Assembly: GCA_016927655.1 (NCBI GenBank) | Contig: JAFGMG010000005.1 | Location: 11,991-75,990, forward strand | From: Candidatus Dojkabacteria bacterium | Lineage (GTDB): Bacteria > Patescibacteriota > Dojkabacteria > B142 > JAFGMG01 | Reading direction: 5' to 3' | Length of the DNA: 64,000 nucleotides | In this document: in pieces, positions 10,401 to 20,488 of the stretch | How the letters are laid out: each line of letters begins with the position of its first letter | Position numbering within the stretch: the stretch's first letter is position 1 | Program-made: the position numbers and the translations under genes | The notes under the pieces: generated by a model | Database searches by the model: none | Seen by the model: only the letters and a program-made list of their open reading frames with translations | What the model was told of the DNA's origin: nothing

Positions 10401-12330
10401 CTAATTCTGCTGATTTACTGTATGTTTGAATAAATTTCTTTCTTGGTGGGACTTCTGATCCCATAAGCATATCAAAAGTTTTGTCAGCTTCTTCTGCATC
10501 TTCGACGGTGATCCTTTTTAGAATGCGTGTTTCTGGATTCATAGTTGTGCTCCAAAGCTGCTCTGGCTGCATTTCTCCAAGACCTTTAAATCTCTGTACG
10601 CCTTTTATCTCTTTACCGGCCTTTTTTAATTCTTTTACTTTCTCTTCTCTCTCATCTTCGTCTAACACCCAATAAGACTCATTGCTGCTGACCTCGATTT
10701 TGAAAAGCGGCGGTTGTGCTACATATAGATAACCTTTATTGATAACATCTTTGAGATGTCTGAAAAACAGTGTAAGCATGAGTGTTGTGATGTGTTCTCC
10801 GTCAACGTCTGCATCATTCATTAGAATAATTTTATGATAGCGCATTTTTGTATCGTCAAAAGTGTCTCCCACTCCCGCACCGATTGCTACGACAACTTCT
10901 TTTATCTCTTGGTTGCTAAAAACCCTGTCGAGCCTGTATTTCTCGGAGTTTAAGGGTTTCCCTTTTAGAGGGAAAATTGCCTGAGTTCTTCTGTCTCTTG
11001 CCTGCTTTGCTGAGCCTCCTGCAGAGTCTCCCTCTACAATGTAGAGCTCTGATTCCTCCGGTTTTCTTGAGCTGCAATCGGCAAGTTTGCCGGGTAACGT
11101 TCCTCCCTCAAGAGCACCTTTTCTTACAACTGCTTCTCTTGCAGCTTTTGCGGCCTTCCTGGCTTTATGAGACAAAATACTCCTGCTGATTATTAATTTC
11201 CCAGTTTGTGGATGTTCTTCAAGAAAAGTCTTCAGTTCTTCTTCAACAATTTTTCTTACAATTTGTGTGACCTCAGGATTATTAAGTTTAATTTTTGTCT
11301 GCCCTTCAAATTGAGGGTCAGGAACCTTGACTGAGACAATGGCTGTCAATCCTTCTCTAGTATCTTCTCCAGAAAACTTGATCTCTTTCTCTTTTTCAGT
11401 TGCGATTGAACTCAAGTAATCGTTTAGTCCTTTGGTTAGTGCTATTCTAAAGCCTTGTAGATGTGTTCCCCCCTCGGGGTTAATAATATTGTTTGCAAAT
11501 GTCATCACTCTTTCCTGAAGATCGTCCGTATATTGAAGCGCAACTTCAACATTAATATTTTCTTCTTCCTTGTTTACATAGAAAATGTCATCATGGATTG
11601 TTTTTTGGTGACGATTGATATTTTTGACATAAGACTTGATACCACCTTCAAAGTGATATGTGTATACAGTAGGTGAATCCTGATCGGCCTCTGCGCGGAC
11701 TTTTCTTTCGTCTTTCAAAACAAATGTGAGCCCAGCGGTCAAATATGCTTGCTGTCTGTATTTTTGTAGAACTTTCTTGAAACTGAACTCGGTGAATTCA
11801 AAAATTTTATCATCCGGTAAAAATGTCACGGTTGTTCCAGTCCTGTCGGATTTCCCCACAGCTTTTACCGGGGCTTTCGGTGTTCCTCTCTGGTATTCCT
11901 GCATCCAAACCTGCCCGTCTCTATGAACCTCAATTTTTGTATACTTACTTAGAGCATTTACAACGGAAATTCCAACCCCATGAAGACCTCCCGATACTTT
12001 ATAGCTGTCATTATCAAATTTCCCTCCGGAATGAAGACTCGTCATAATGACCTCCAGAGCGCTGATCTTTTTTTGCGGATGAATGTCAACCGGGATCCCT
12101 CTTCCATTGTCGTCAATAGTTACTGAGCCGTCGTCCCGCAGGATGAGTTTTATCTGATTGCAGTACCCCCCCAGTGCTTCGTCGATAGAGTTGTCTACAA
12201 CCTCCTTAATCAAGTGATGAAGTCCTTCTATTCCATTGTCGCCAATGTACATAGCCGGTCTCTTTCTTACAGCTTCAAGACCTTCAAGAACGGTGATTTT
12301 GCTCGCGTCATATGTTGAATTATCTGCCAC
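10393..12330 (-). CDS. gyrB: DNA gyrase subunit B
   Basis: GHKL ATPase motifs (HHLIKEVVDNSIDEAL, GLHGVGISVVNALS), TOPRIM EGDSAGGSAKQARDR; 645 aa. Confidence 0.95.
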   Translation of the reverse strand: MADNSTYDASKITVLEGLEAVRKRPAMYIGDNGIEGLHHLIKEVVDNSIDEALGGYCNQIKLILRDDGSVTIDDNGRGIPVDIHPQKKISALEVIMTSLHSGGKFDNDSYKVSGGLHGVGISVVNALSKYTKIEVHRDGQVWMQEYQRGTPKAPVKAVGKSDRTGTTVTFLPDDKIFEFTEFSFKKVLQKYRQQAYLTAGLTFVLKDERKVRAEADQDSPTVYTYHFEGGIKSYVKNINRHQKTIHDDIFYVNKEEENINVEVALQYTDDLQERVMTFANNIINPEGGTHLQGFRIALTKGLNDYLSSIATEKEKEIKFSGEDTREGLTAIVSVKVPDPQFEGQTKIKLNNPEVTQIVRKIVEEELKTFLEEHPQTGKLIISRSILSHKARKAAKAAREAVVRKGALEGGTLPGKLADCSSRKPEESELYIVEGDSAGGSAKQARDRRTQAIFPLKGKPLNSEKYRLDRVFSNQEIKEVVVAIGAGVGDTFDDTKMRYHKIILMNDADVDGEHITTLMLTLFFRHLKDVINKGYLYVAQPPLFKIEVSSNESYWVLDEDEREEKVKELKKAGKEIKGVQRFKGLGEMQPEQLWSTTMNPETRILKRITVEDAEEADKTFDMLMGSEVPPRKKFIQTYSKSAELDV

Positions 12331-12438
12331 GACTGTACTTGTCTAATATCTAGTTATCTATGTGTGTTTGGGACAGGTTGATTATGGACTTGGCTAGTAT
12401 AGCATACGTCTAGGCTGTTGGTAAATTGCCAAAACAGT

Positions 12439-13020
12439 CTATCCAAAAAGCTTTTTCGCTATATCATGCTCCGCTCTTCCAATCATCGGCCAGACATAGC
12501 AAACTAACGAAAAGATACTCACACCTAATATATTTATAAGTATAGCATAAATATCAGATTCTCTGCCTGCTGTTTCTCTCAGTATAATGTGATTTACCAA
12601 AACTAAAGAAGTGCTCGTTGTAATTGTTAGAAATACAAGAAGTGTCTCAACTATCAGTCGAAATTCGGCATCTTCAGCCCGCTCTTTCTGGTTTCGTGCC
12701 TTTGAAAGCCGGTCGACACTGAATTTGAGGGTGTAAACAACTGCTCGAAAAAATAATAGTGAGCTAAATCCAAACGCGAAAAAATATGTAACAGATTCGA
12801 GTGCAGCTGAGTAATTATGTTTAGTTGCCAGATCAGGGATTCTTGAGAAATAGATAATAAATATGCCAAAGGCCAAATAACTGAGCCATATATAAGCTGT
12901 GAAAAGCAGTTTTCTCATGAAAATTTCTATTAAAGATAATTCATTATAAAAGTTTCTTGAGGTGGTGTAAAAGAATTTGAAATTATTAATCCCTTTTGAA
13001 ATTAAAAAACAGGTTTTCAA
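12439..13020 (-). CDS. hypothetical polytopic membrane protein
   Basis: 193 aa with about 5 hydrophobic helices; no motifs. Confidence 0.3.
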   Translation of the reverse strand: MKTCFLISKGINNFKFFYTTSRNFYNELSLIEIFMRKLLFTAYIWLSYLAFGIFIIYFSRIPDLATKHNYSAALESVTYFFAFGFSSLLFFRAVVYTLKFSVDRLSKARNQKERAEDAEFRLIVETLLVFLTITTSTSLVLVNHIILRETAGRESDIYAILINILGVSIFSLVCYVWPMIGRAEHDIAKKLFG

Positions 13021-13651
13021 GAATTAACTTCATATTTGTATTTGCATTTAGTGCCCGTTCTGTCTGAGCTATCAATTCCAGGTTCTCCCCTCCTTTTGGG
13101 CTATTCCCTTCAATGATGTGTGAGTGAATGCTTCCGAGAAATGACGAAATAGTTCTTTTTCTTTCTTTTGGGTTTTTTATTTTTAAGAAATTATCAATTG
13201 TTTGCAGCCATTCTTGTGGGACTTCATTAAAAATAGGGTTTATGTCTATCTCGGGGGAGACCTGGTCTTTTCTGCCCTGTCTAGGATTGATTAAATTTGT
13301 CCTTGATAATATTGTCGGGAGAAGTGATTTTGGGTTCCTGGTGACAAGGAAGATGTAGCTTTTCGCTGGGGGCTCTTCTAGAACTTTGAGTATACTGTTC
13401 TGGGATTCGAGGGTCATTTTATCCGCTTCAAAGATTACAGCAAGTTTGCTTTCTTCTTGAAATGGCCGGTTTTGGATCCAGGCTATCATCTCTTTTATTT
13501 GTTTTATTCCAATCGATTGTTTATCCTGTGAATCGATTTCATAATAATCTGGGTTATTGAAGGGATTCGGAATAATCTGCAGAATAAATTCTTTGATCTC
13601 TTCTTTCAGTTCTGTTTTTGTATGAAAAATTGTACTTTGAGTTAGTTTCAT
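12986..13651 (-). CDS. holB: DNA polymerase III delta-prime subunit-like (short form)
   Basis: LKVLEEPP and ILSRTNL motifs characteristic of clamp-loader delta-prime/gamma C-terminal region; lacks clear Walker A. Confidence 0.5.
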   Translation of the reverse strand: MKLTQSTIFHTKTELKEEIKEFILQIIPNPFNNPDYYEIDSQDKQSIGIKQIKEMIAWIQNRPFQEESKLAVIFEADKMTLESQNSILKVLEEPPAKSYIFLVTRNPKSLLPTILSRTNLINPRQGRKDQVSPEIDINPIFNEVPQEWLQTIDNFLKIKNPKERKRTISSFLGSIHSHIIEGNSPKGGENLELIAQTERALNANTNMKLILENLFFNFKRD

Positions 13652-13699
13652 ATTATTATGTTGTATGGTGAATTGTAGCCAAGATTAAAGTTACTGTCC

Positions 13700-15499
13700 A
13701 TGTCCTTAGATCAAAGTAGTCCGACAACACCCCTTAAAAATGTACGAGGTATTAGAAACCTCGTAGATGCTCTTGTGATAAAGGGTCTATTGGATTCTGC
13801 TGTTGCCAAAGAGATCAAGCTTGAAATGGCAACTAAGAATGTTAACTTGGAAGATATCTTGCTTTCAAAAAATCTAATCGACGAAGTTGATCTGGTAAAA
13901 ACCAAAGCAGAAATGTACGGAATTGAATATGTCCCCGTCGCCTCTGAAGAAATTGATATGAATGTTTTAAATCTTGTTCCCGCTAATGAGGCTACCAAAA
14001 ACTCTGCTATAGCGTTTGGAATGACAAAAGACGGCAGAGTGAAACTTGCGATGAGCGAGCCTTTGGATATCCAAAAGGTGAAATACCTTGAGACTCTTAT
14101 GGGTAAAGGAGCAATGCCATATTTTGCCACTCCTTCAGAAATTGAACAGGTCATAAACAGCAAATATGGCGCGCAAATCAGCAGTGAAGTGACCGAGGCT
14201 CTAGAAGATGTCGGAGAAGATGATGTAGTTGAGCTTTCTGCAGTATCAAAAGTTGAAGATCTTGGAATGGATTTGACCTCTGCCCCAGTCTCAAAGATTG
14301 TGAATATGATTTTGGAATATGCAGTCAAATACAATGCCTCTGATGTGCATATTGAACCTCAAGAAGATAAAGTAAGCGTTCGATTTAGAATTTATGGGGT
14401 TCTTTCTGAAAAATTAACGATCCCAAAGAAATTGAAAAGCGCAATTGTTGCAAGGGTTAAAATACTGTCAAACTTGAAAATTGATGAGAAACGAATTCCT
14501 CAAGATGGTAGATTTCAAATCAAGTCTGGCACCAAAGTATACGATATGCGTGTTTCAATTATGCCAAATGTTTATGGCGAGAAGGTTGTGATGAGACTTC
14601 TGGAAAAAGGCGGCGGGACAATGGATCTGGCTGATACAGGACTGCGTGGTTCTGCCTACAAGAGTTTCCTTGAGAATTTAACTAAAACTCAGGGAATAAT
14701 CCTTGTAACAGGACCAACCGGAAGCGGAAAAACGCAGACTCTTGCAAGTGCTATAAAAATTGTCAATAAGCCCGAAGTAAATATTATAACTATTGAAGAT
14801 CCTGTTGAAATTAGAATCGAAGGAATTACTCAAGTACAAGTCAACAAAGATGTCGGACTCGATTTCTCAACTGCCTTAAGAGCATTTCTAAGACAGGATC
14901 CAGATGTGATTATGGTTGGAGAGATTCGTGATGGAGAAACTGCTAATCTTGCTATCCAGGCGGCACTGACTGGGCATCTTGTTTTAGCTACATTACACAC
15001 AAACAGTGCCGCAGGTGCGCTTCCTAGACTGCTAGATATGGGAGTTGAGCCTTTTTTGATCAGCTCGACCGTCAATGTTGTTGTCGCCCAGAGACTTGTT
15101 CGAAAAGTCTGCAAACACTGCATTGAGGGATATAGAGCGCCAGTTGAGGTAGTCAAAATTATCCACCAGGTATTAGACGGCCTCAAAGGCTTTGATATGT
15201 TTACCTATCCAAATAACAGTGCGAATGAGCCGACAACACTTGAAGATGATGAGGTAATACTATATCGTGGTAAGGGATGTCCAAAATGCAATAATACTGG
15301 ATTTAGCGGGAGACTTGGTATTTTTGAATGTATGCCAATGACAAACTCGCTTGCAAAATCAGTAATGGAAGAACGCCCAGCCTCTGAGCTTAATGATAAA
15401 GCTATAGCAGAAGGTATGATAACAATGCAGCAGGATGGATTTATGAAAGCGCTTGAGGGACTTACGACAATTGAGGAAGTGTTAAGAGTCGTTAAATAG
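13700..15499 (+). CDS. pilB: type IV pilus assembly ATPase PilB (GspE family)
   Basis: N-terminal GSPII_E N-domain, Walker A VTGPTGSGKTQT, Asp/His boxes, tetracysteine CKHC...CPKC zinc motif. Confidence 0.85.
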   Translation: MSLDQSSPTTPLKNVRGIRNLVDALVIKGLLDSAVAKEIKLEMATKNVNLEDILLSKNLIDEVDLVKTKAEMYGIEYVPVASEEIDMNVLNLVPANEATKNSAIAFGMTKDGRVKLAMSEPLDIQKVKYLETLMGKGAMPYFATPSEIEQVINSKYGAQISSEVTEALEDVGEDDVVELSAVSKVEDLGMDLTSAPVSKIVNMILEYAVKYNASDVHIEPQEDKVSVRFRIYGVLSEKLTIPKKLKSAIVARVKILSNLKIDEKRIPQDGRFQIKSGTKVYDMRVSIMPNVYGEKVVMRLLEKGGGTMDLADTGLRGSAYKSFLENLTKTQGIILVTGPTGSGKTQTLASAIKIVNKPEVNIITIEDPVEIRIEGITQVQVNKDVGLDFSTALRAFLRQDPDVIMVGEIRDGETANLAIQAALTGHLVLATLHTNSAAGALPRLLDMGVEPFLISSTVNVVVAQRLVRKVCKHCIEGYRAPVEVVKIIHQVLDGLKGFDMFTYPNNSANEPTTLEDDEVILYRGKGCPKCNNTGFSGRLGIFECMPMTNSLAKSVMEERPASELNDKAIAEGMITMQQDGFMKALEGLTTIEEVLRVVK

Positions 15500-15515
15500 T
15501 TATTAGAAATCAATT

Positions 15516-17105
15516 ATGCCATTTGTGAATTTAGATGATAAACAAAAAAAAGCAGAGGAAATTAAGCAAAATGAACAACCTCAAAATACAAATATCCCTG
15601 CTTATAACCCAAATATCCCGATTGTCGGGGCTGACGATTTCAAATCAGATGCGTCTCGGATTCAAGATCAGGTTCAAGATCGAGTCCAAGAGGTTCAAGA
15701 TGTTCCTGGCAGTGACGTCATAGTAAAATCAAGACCGTTCAATGATATTGTACAGGTCGCCGGTGGTGTCACCCAGCCTGAAGAACTAGAAAATGAAATA
15801 AAGAAAGAAGAAACGGAACCTTCAATAGCCAGTTCCACGCAAGCACCTCAGATAGAAGATATGAAACAGACCCCTCAGTCAGCTGAAATAACAGAGACGC
15901 AGGAGATACCAATGACGCAGCCATCAAGACCGGTTGAACCCGCAATACCACCGGCACCAGCGGGATATATACAAAAGGAGACTCCGCCCGTAACTGCAAC
16001 TGAGATCCACGAGATGCCGGCAGAAGAGAAAGTCACGGAACCATCATCAGATATCTTGAGCATTGAAGAATATGCAAAGCTTAGTATGGATAGAAATGCT
16101 TCTGATATTCATTTCACAACAAATTATCCTGTATATTTCCGAATTGATGGAAGGCTGGAGAAATACTCCCCGAAAATTCTTGACGCTGCTGAAGTTGAGA
16201 GTCTTCTCTACTCTCTACTTTCTGAAGATCAGAAAAAGCAAATTGAGAACGGAAAGGAATTGGATTTTATGTATGTCGATCCAGAGGAAAATAGATTTCG
16301 TGTAAATATTTTTAGAGAAAAAGGAAATCTGGCCGGAGCGTTTCGTTCAATCCCAAAGAAAGTGAAAACGATAAATGAACTTGGACTCCCAGAGATTCTT
16401 AAAGAATTCAGCAAAATTTCCTATGGACTTGTCGTGGTCACAGGACCTACCGGGAGCGGGAAAAGTACAACAATAGCTGCAATGATTGAGGAAATTAATT
16501 CCCGTGAACCAAGGCATATCATTACGATTGAAGATCCTGTCGAATATGTCTATGAACAGAAAATGGCGCTTATTGCCCAGAGAAATATGCATGAGGATAC
16601 TCAGTCCTGGAATGATGCTCTTCGGGCTGCTCTAAGACAGGATCCAGATGTAGTGTTGATAGGCGAGATGAGAGATTATGAAACAATATCTTCGGCATTG
16701 ACCATTGCAGAAACAGGTCATCTTGTATTTGCCACTTTGCATACAAACAGTGCTGCTCAGACAATTGATCGTATAATTGACGTATTCCCTGCTGATCAGC
16801 AGAACCAGGTGCGGACTCAGCTTGGGAATATGCTTTCGGGAGTTATCTCCCAGAGGTTGATTCCTCTAAAGAACGGCGGAAGAAAGGCTGCGATGGAAGT
16901 TCTTATTGCCAGCAATGCTATTAAAAATGCAATCCGTGAAGGTAAAACTCATCAAATTGACAATATAATTCAAACAAGTTTGGATATTGGGATGTTCCCT
17001 CTTGAAAAATCCTTAGTGGATATGATTCGAATGAATGAAATTGATATTCAAACAGCTAAGAATTTTACTATTAAACCAGATCAAATAGACTTACTGCTCA
17101 AATGA
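15516..17105 (+). CDS. pilT: type IV pilus retraction ATPase PilT with about 180-aa disordered N-terminal extension
   Basis: VVTGPTGSGKSTT Walker A, PilT-type core (LIGEMRDYETI, HLVFATLHTNSA); N-terminus Q/E/P-rich with QD(R/Q)VQ repeats. Confidence 0.85.
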   Translation: MPFVNLDDKQKKAEEIKQNEQPQNTNIPAYNPNIPIVGADDFKSDASRIQDQVQDRVQEVQDVPGSDVIVKSRPFNDIVQVAGGVTQPEELENEIKKEETEPSIASSTQAPQIEDMKQTPQSAEITETQEIPMTQPSRPVEPAIPPAPAGYIQKETPPVTATEIHEMPAEEKVTEPSSDILSIEEYAKLSMDRNASDIHFTTNYPVYFRIDGRLEKYSPKILDAAEVESLLYSLLSEDQKKQIENGKELDFMYVDPEENRFRVNIFREKGNLAGAFRSIPKKVKTINELGLPEILKEFSKISYGLVVVTGPTGSGKSTTIAAMIEEINSREPRHIITIEDPVEYVYEQKMALIAQRNMHEDTQSWNDALRAALRQDPDVVLIGEMRDYETISSALTIAETGHLVFATLHTNSAAQTIDRIIDVFPADQQNQVRTQLGNMLSGVISQRLIPLKNGGRKAAMEVLIASNAIKNAIREGKTHQIDNIIQTSLDIGMFPLEKSLVDMIRMNEIDIQTAKNFTIKPDQIDLLLK

Positions 17106-18316
17106 AATTTAGCTACACTGCGTCTGATAAAAACGGAAAATTAGTAAAAGCTGTAATTGAGGCCGATACTAGAGATGAGGTTGTAAATACTCTGCATGCT
17201 CAAGGTCTAATAGTGATGTCTGTTGAAGAGAAAATCCGTTCAAGCTTTAAAGATATCGGGCAGATTCAGATCAGCGGATATGGATTAAAAGACAAGTTGA
17301 TGGTTGTCAAACAGCTTGTTGCGATGATTACTGCTGGCTTGCCGATTACGCAAGCAATGGATGTACTCAAGGATCAGGCTCCAAATCCAAAAATGAAGGC
17401 CGAGATAATAAGAGTCTACAAAGATTTGCAAAATGGTATCCCGTTATCTAAAGCATTCTCCAAAAACTCAAAAATTTTTTCTGAAGTTCAGGTCAATCTC
17501 ATGGCAGCAGGCGAAAAAAGTGGAAATCTGGTTGAAATTCTGGGAAAGATTCAGCAGGATATGGCAAATGCAAACCGGCTTAGAAACAAAATTCGAGGAG
17601 CAATGATTTATCCTGCTATTATCTTTGTTGCGATTATTGCTGTTTTTGTTGTTCTTGTGACTTTCCTAGTACCTCAGATGGAAAAACTTTACGCGGACTT
17701 TGGGATTGAGGAACTTCCTGGCCTGACAAATATTATTGTGAAAGTTTCTAAATTTGTTGTCTCTCCGATTGGGCTTATTGTAATTATTGTTTTATTAATT
17801 GCGGGGATTAGTGCCTATTATTATTATAATTCCACGGAATCTGGCAAGAGAATGATGCACAGAATAATCTTGAAAATTCCTGTATTTGGGGATTTGAATC
17901 AGAAGATACAAGTTGCAGAATTCGCCAGGCTTACTTCTATGCTTCTAAAAAGCGGAGTACCTATTGTTGATACTCTCAATATTGTGGCGAATTCGACATC
18001 AAATATTCTTTTTAAGGAAGTTGTCGAAGAGTCTGCGGTCAATGTCAGCAAAGGAATTCCATTGGCAGTCTCTCTCTCAAAAAATAAAATTTTCCCTCCG
18101 GTGTTTTCAAGAATTGTAGTAGTTGGAGAAGAAACTGGAAAGCTTGATCAAGTTCTTTCTGATATGGCCGGATTCTATGATGAGGAAGTTACCAATATGG
18201 CAGATAATTTGACAAAGCTTTTAGAACCGTTTATCTTGTTAGTAGTAGGCGGTCTTGTTGCCTTCCTAGCAATAGCAGTTTACTGGCCAGTGTACAGCAT
18301 TGGCGATAAGATTTAG
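17102..18316 (+). CDS. pilC: type IV pilus inner-membrane platform protein PilC (GspF family)
   Basis: two GspF repeats, three TM segments, 404 aa, translationally coupled to pilT (4-nt overlap). Confidence 0.85.
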   Translation: MKFSYTASDKNGKLVKAVIEADTRDEVVNTLHAQGLIVMSVEEKIRSSFKDIGQIQISGYGLKDKLMVVKQLVAMITAGLPITQAMDVLKDQAPNPKMKAEIIRVYKDLQNGIPLSKAFSKNSKIFSEVQVNLMAAGEKSGNLVEILGKIQQDMANANRLRNKIRGAMIYPAIIFVAIIAVFVVLVTFLVPQMEKLYADFGIEELPGLTNIIVKVSKFVVSPIGLIVIIVLLIAGISAYYYYNSTESGKRMMHRIILKIPVFGDLNQKIQVAEFARLTSMLLKSGVPIVDTLNIVANSTSNILFKEVVEESAVNVSKGIPLAVSLSKNKIFPPVFSRIVVVGEETGKLDQVLSDMAGFYDEEVTNMADNLTKLLEPFILLVVGGLVAFLAIAVYWPVYSIGDKI

Positions 18317-18339
18317 TTTTATATTTTATTTAAAATCCA

Positions 18340-18774
18340 ATGAAACAAAACAAAGGTTTTACCCTTGTTGAGTTGCTTGTTGCAATGGCTATCATTGCAG
18401 TATTGATTGGACTTGCAGGATTCGGAGTAACTCTTGCTCTTCGAGCGTCGAGAGACTCAAAAAGAGAAGCTACTCTGGACAGTATGAGGACTGCAATTGC
18501 AGACTATCTTGCAACGAACAATCAATATCCTGCAAACACAGCAGTAACATATGCTAATGGCAACATCACTGTTGGTACGACAAACATCCCAGTAAGTGGA
18601 AACTTGGTTCCTGTCCCTCTTGCTACCAAGTCTTCTTCGAGTGGTACTGTCTACTGTTATTCAAAGACATCCTCGGGGTATGCCCTTGCTGCAATGCTTG
18701 AGAATGGCTCATTCTATGAGCTTGGAGATACAGACTCAGCTGGATGTACTCTTTCAGGCATAAGTGTGCTTTAA
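18340..18774 (+). CDS. pilA: type IV major pilin (class III signal peptide)
   Basis: Prepilin peptidase site KG|FTLVELLVAMAIIAVL followed by hydrophobic alpha1 helix; C-terminal Cys pair; strong terminator immediately downstream. Confidence 0.75.
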   Translation: MKQNKGFTLVELLVAMAIIAVLIGLAGFGVTLALRASRDSKREATLDSMRTAIADYLATNNQYPANTAVTYANGNITVGTTNIPVSGNLVPVPLATKSSSSGTVYCYSKTSSGYALAAMLENGSFYELGDTDSAGCTLSGISVL

Positions 18775-18797
18775 AGAACCCAATTTGAGATTCATAG

Positions 18798-18830
18798 AAA
18801 AACGGAAGATAGTCTTCCGTTTTTTCTTTG
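18798..18830 (+). terminator. rho-independent terminator after major pilin gene
   Basis: perfect hairpin AACGGAAGAtagTCTTCCGTT followed by TTTTTTCTTT. Confidence 0.65.
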
Positions 18831-18875
18831 TATGACTTAATTGATTTCCCAGTCAATTCCCTTTAGAATAATTTC

Positions 18876-19475
18876 ATGAGCAAGAAAAATTCTGCCTATA
18901 CTCTATTGGAACTTTTGATTGTGATGGCTATATTTGCTTCTATGATGGCCATCGGTGTTGTCGCTTTGAATAATTTTTCAAATAGATCAAATGTTAATAC
19001 TGCTACGCAGGATTTTTATACTTCTTCAAAGACACTTATTCAGAAAGCGAGGAATAGTGTTTATACTCAAGCAGAGCTTGTTGAATTGAAGAACGGCTGG
19101 ACGAGTACTTGTTCTTTTACTTCCAATTCATTCCCTCCGGACGCAATTGGATATCGCTTTAGTGATGGAGCGGCTGAGTACATAAAATGTAGCAAAAATT
19201 CGAGCCTCAGCTATGATTTCTGCTGCGTGACTGCTCAGGCTGATGATGTCACTATGAGATATAATGAGAAGACGAATATCCAGGCTCAAGGCGATTGCAA
19301 GGGGGTGCTTTTTGAATACGCTACGGGTGAGGTATACAGCTTTGCGAGTGAAAATCTTCTCTCAATTAATACTGTGAAGACCTCGTGTGATGTGCAGGTC
19401 CGTCATAATGATATTTCTTATTATAAAACTGTTGTATTTAATGGGGAAAAAAATGAAGTATACATCTCAAATTAA
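18876..19475 (+). CDS. minor pilin/pseudopilin with prepilin-type N-terminus
   Basis: MSKKNSAYTLLELLIVMAIFASMMAI N-methylation-type motif with Glu at +5. Confidence 0.55.
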   Translation: MSKKNSAYTLLELLIVMAIFASMMAIGVVALNNFSNRSNVNTATQDFYTSSKTLIQKARNSVYTQAELVELKNGWTSTCSFTSNSFPPDAIGYRFSDGAAEYIKCSKNSSLSYDFCCVTAQADDVTMRYNEKTNIQAQGDCKGVLFEYATGEVYSFASENLLSINTVKTSCDVQVRHNDISYYKTVVFNGEKNEVYISN

Positions 19476-19977
19476 AGGCACTGGACTTGTGGAAGTTCTT
19501 GTAGCTTTGGCGATTTTCTCACTGACTATGATTACAGTAGTCAGTGTTACCACTACAAGTCTAAAGAGGATCAAGAGAGATGAGGTTGAAGACAGAGCAA
19601 TTGGAATTCAATTCCGCTCTCTTGAACTTGCTAAATCCCCTGTCCAGAATCTTGGGTTGGAGAAAATGAAAAACGGAGATATTGAATATTACACTTTGGA
19701 AGTTGCAGCAAACAAGATTGAACTTAAGAAGGTAAATGGATCAACTGTGATTTCTCCGGGCAATTGCAGCACTCAGTCAAATTACTATGTAAATCTGGCA
19801 GATTATGGGTATGAAGATGTCGGGGATAATTTAATCTGCAATCAAGTAACGGTGGAATTCCTTGGTACACAGGATGATTTGGACACTTATGAGGTGAAAT
19901 CACTTCTTGTCTATAATAGCGCAGGTAAATTAGAATTTAATGAATTAGTTGGTTATCGCCGTGAAAAAAGTATTTAG
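19387..19977 (+). CDS. minor pilin/pseudopilin (probable true start MKYTSQIKG ~19453)
   Basis: KGTGLVEVLVALAIFSLTMITVV prepilin-like leader + hydrophobic helix. Confidence 0.5.
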   Translation: MMCRSVIMIFLIIKLLYLMGKKMKYTSQIKGTGLVEVLVALAIFSLTMITVVSVTTTSLKRIKRDEVEDRAIGIQFRSLELAKSPVQNLGLEKMKNGDIEYYTLEVAANKIELKKVNGSTVISPGNCSTQSNYYVNLADYGYEDVGDNLICNQVTVEFLGTQDDLDTYEVKSLLVYNSAGKLEFNELVGYRREKSI

Positions 19978-20488
19978 ACAAAAAAACGGATATTCTTTAT
20001 TTGAAGTGCTGATTACTTTGGTGATAGTCATAATTATTATGGTTATGCTTACAAATATTCTTATTCTTTCCCTAGACATTTCCAGGAAATCTCTGGTCCG
20101 CTCTGCTCTTCGTGAAGAACAAAGTGATATACTGAATAAAATTTCCAAAGATCTCCGGAATGCGAAATTTGTGCAGGAATGCGGTGGATCAAACGAAAGC
20201 GCAGTTTGTGAGGTTCTGCTTGATAAAAAGTACACCTGGACTACCTGCGATGATGCTGGTGTACTTTCAATCTGCAAAAAGACCGGGATTGAACCATATG
20301 AAGAAATTATTGAAGAAACGAGTGATCAAATGGTCGTGAAGAGTTTCATAATTGAAGAAGGGCTTGCGGATGCTGATGGCAAGAAAAGTATAGTAATTAC
20401 CTTGATCGTAAATCAAAATTCAGATACGATTGATGTTGAGGATCAAATAAGGCAGGTAGTTGTTTCTACAAGAAATTACACAATATAA
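19949..20488 (+). CDS. minor pilin/pseudopilin
   Basis: NGYSLFEVLITLVIVIIIMVML prepilin motif (G|YSLFE). Confidence 0.5.
   Translation: MVIAVKKVFRQKNGYSLFEVLITLVIVIIIMVMLTNILILSLDISRKSLVRSALREEQSDILNKISKDLRNAKFVQECGGSNESAVCEVLLDKKYTWTTCDDAGVLSICKKTGIEPYEEIIEETSDQMVVKSFIIEEGLADADGKKSIVITLIVNQNSDTIDVEDQIRQVVVSTRNYTI

Noticed and set aside
13711-14334. 207-aa - strand ORF inside pilB; similar antisense ORFs inside pilT (15769-16063, 16229-16764), the giant surface protein (4952-5521, 6065-6460), recG (31440-31822) and alaS (62309-62728)
   Set aside because: All lie antisense within well-supported genes and have low-complexity composition.
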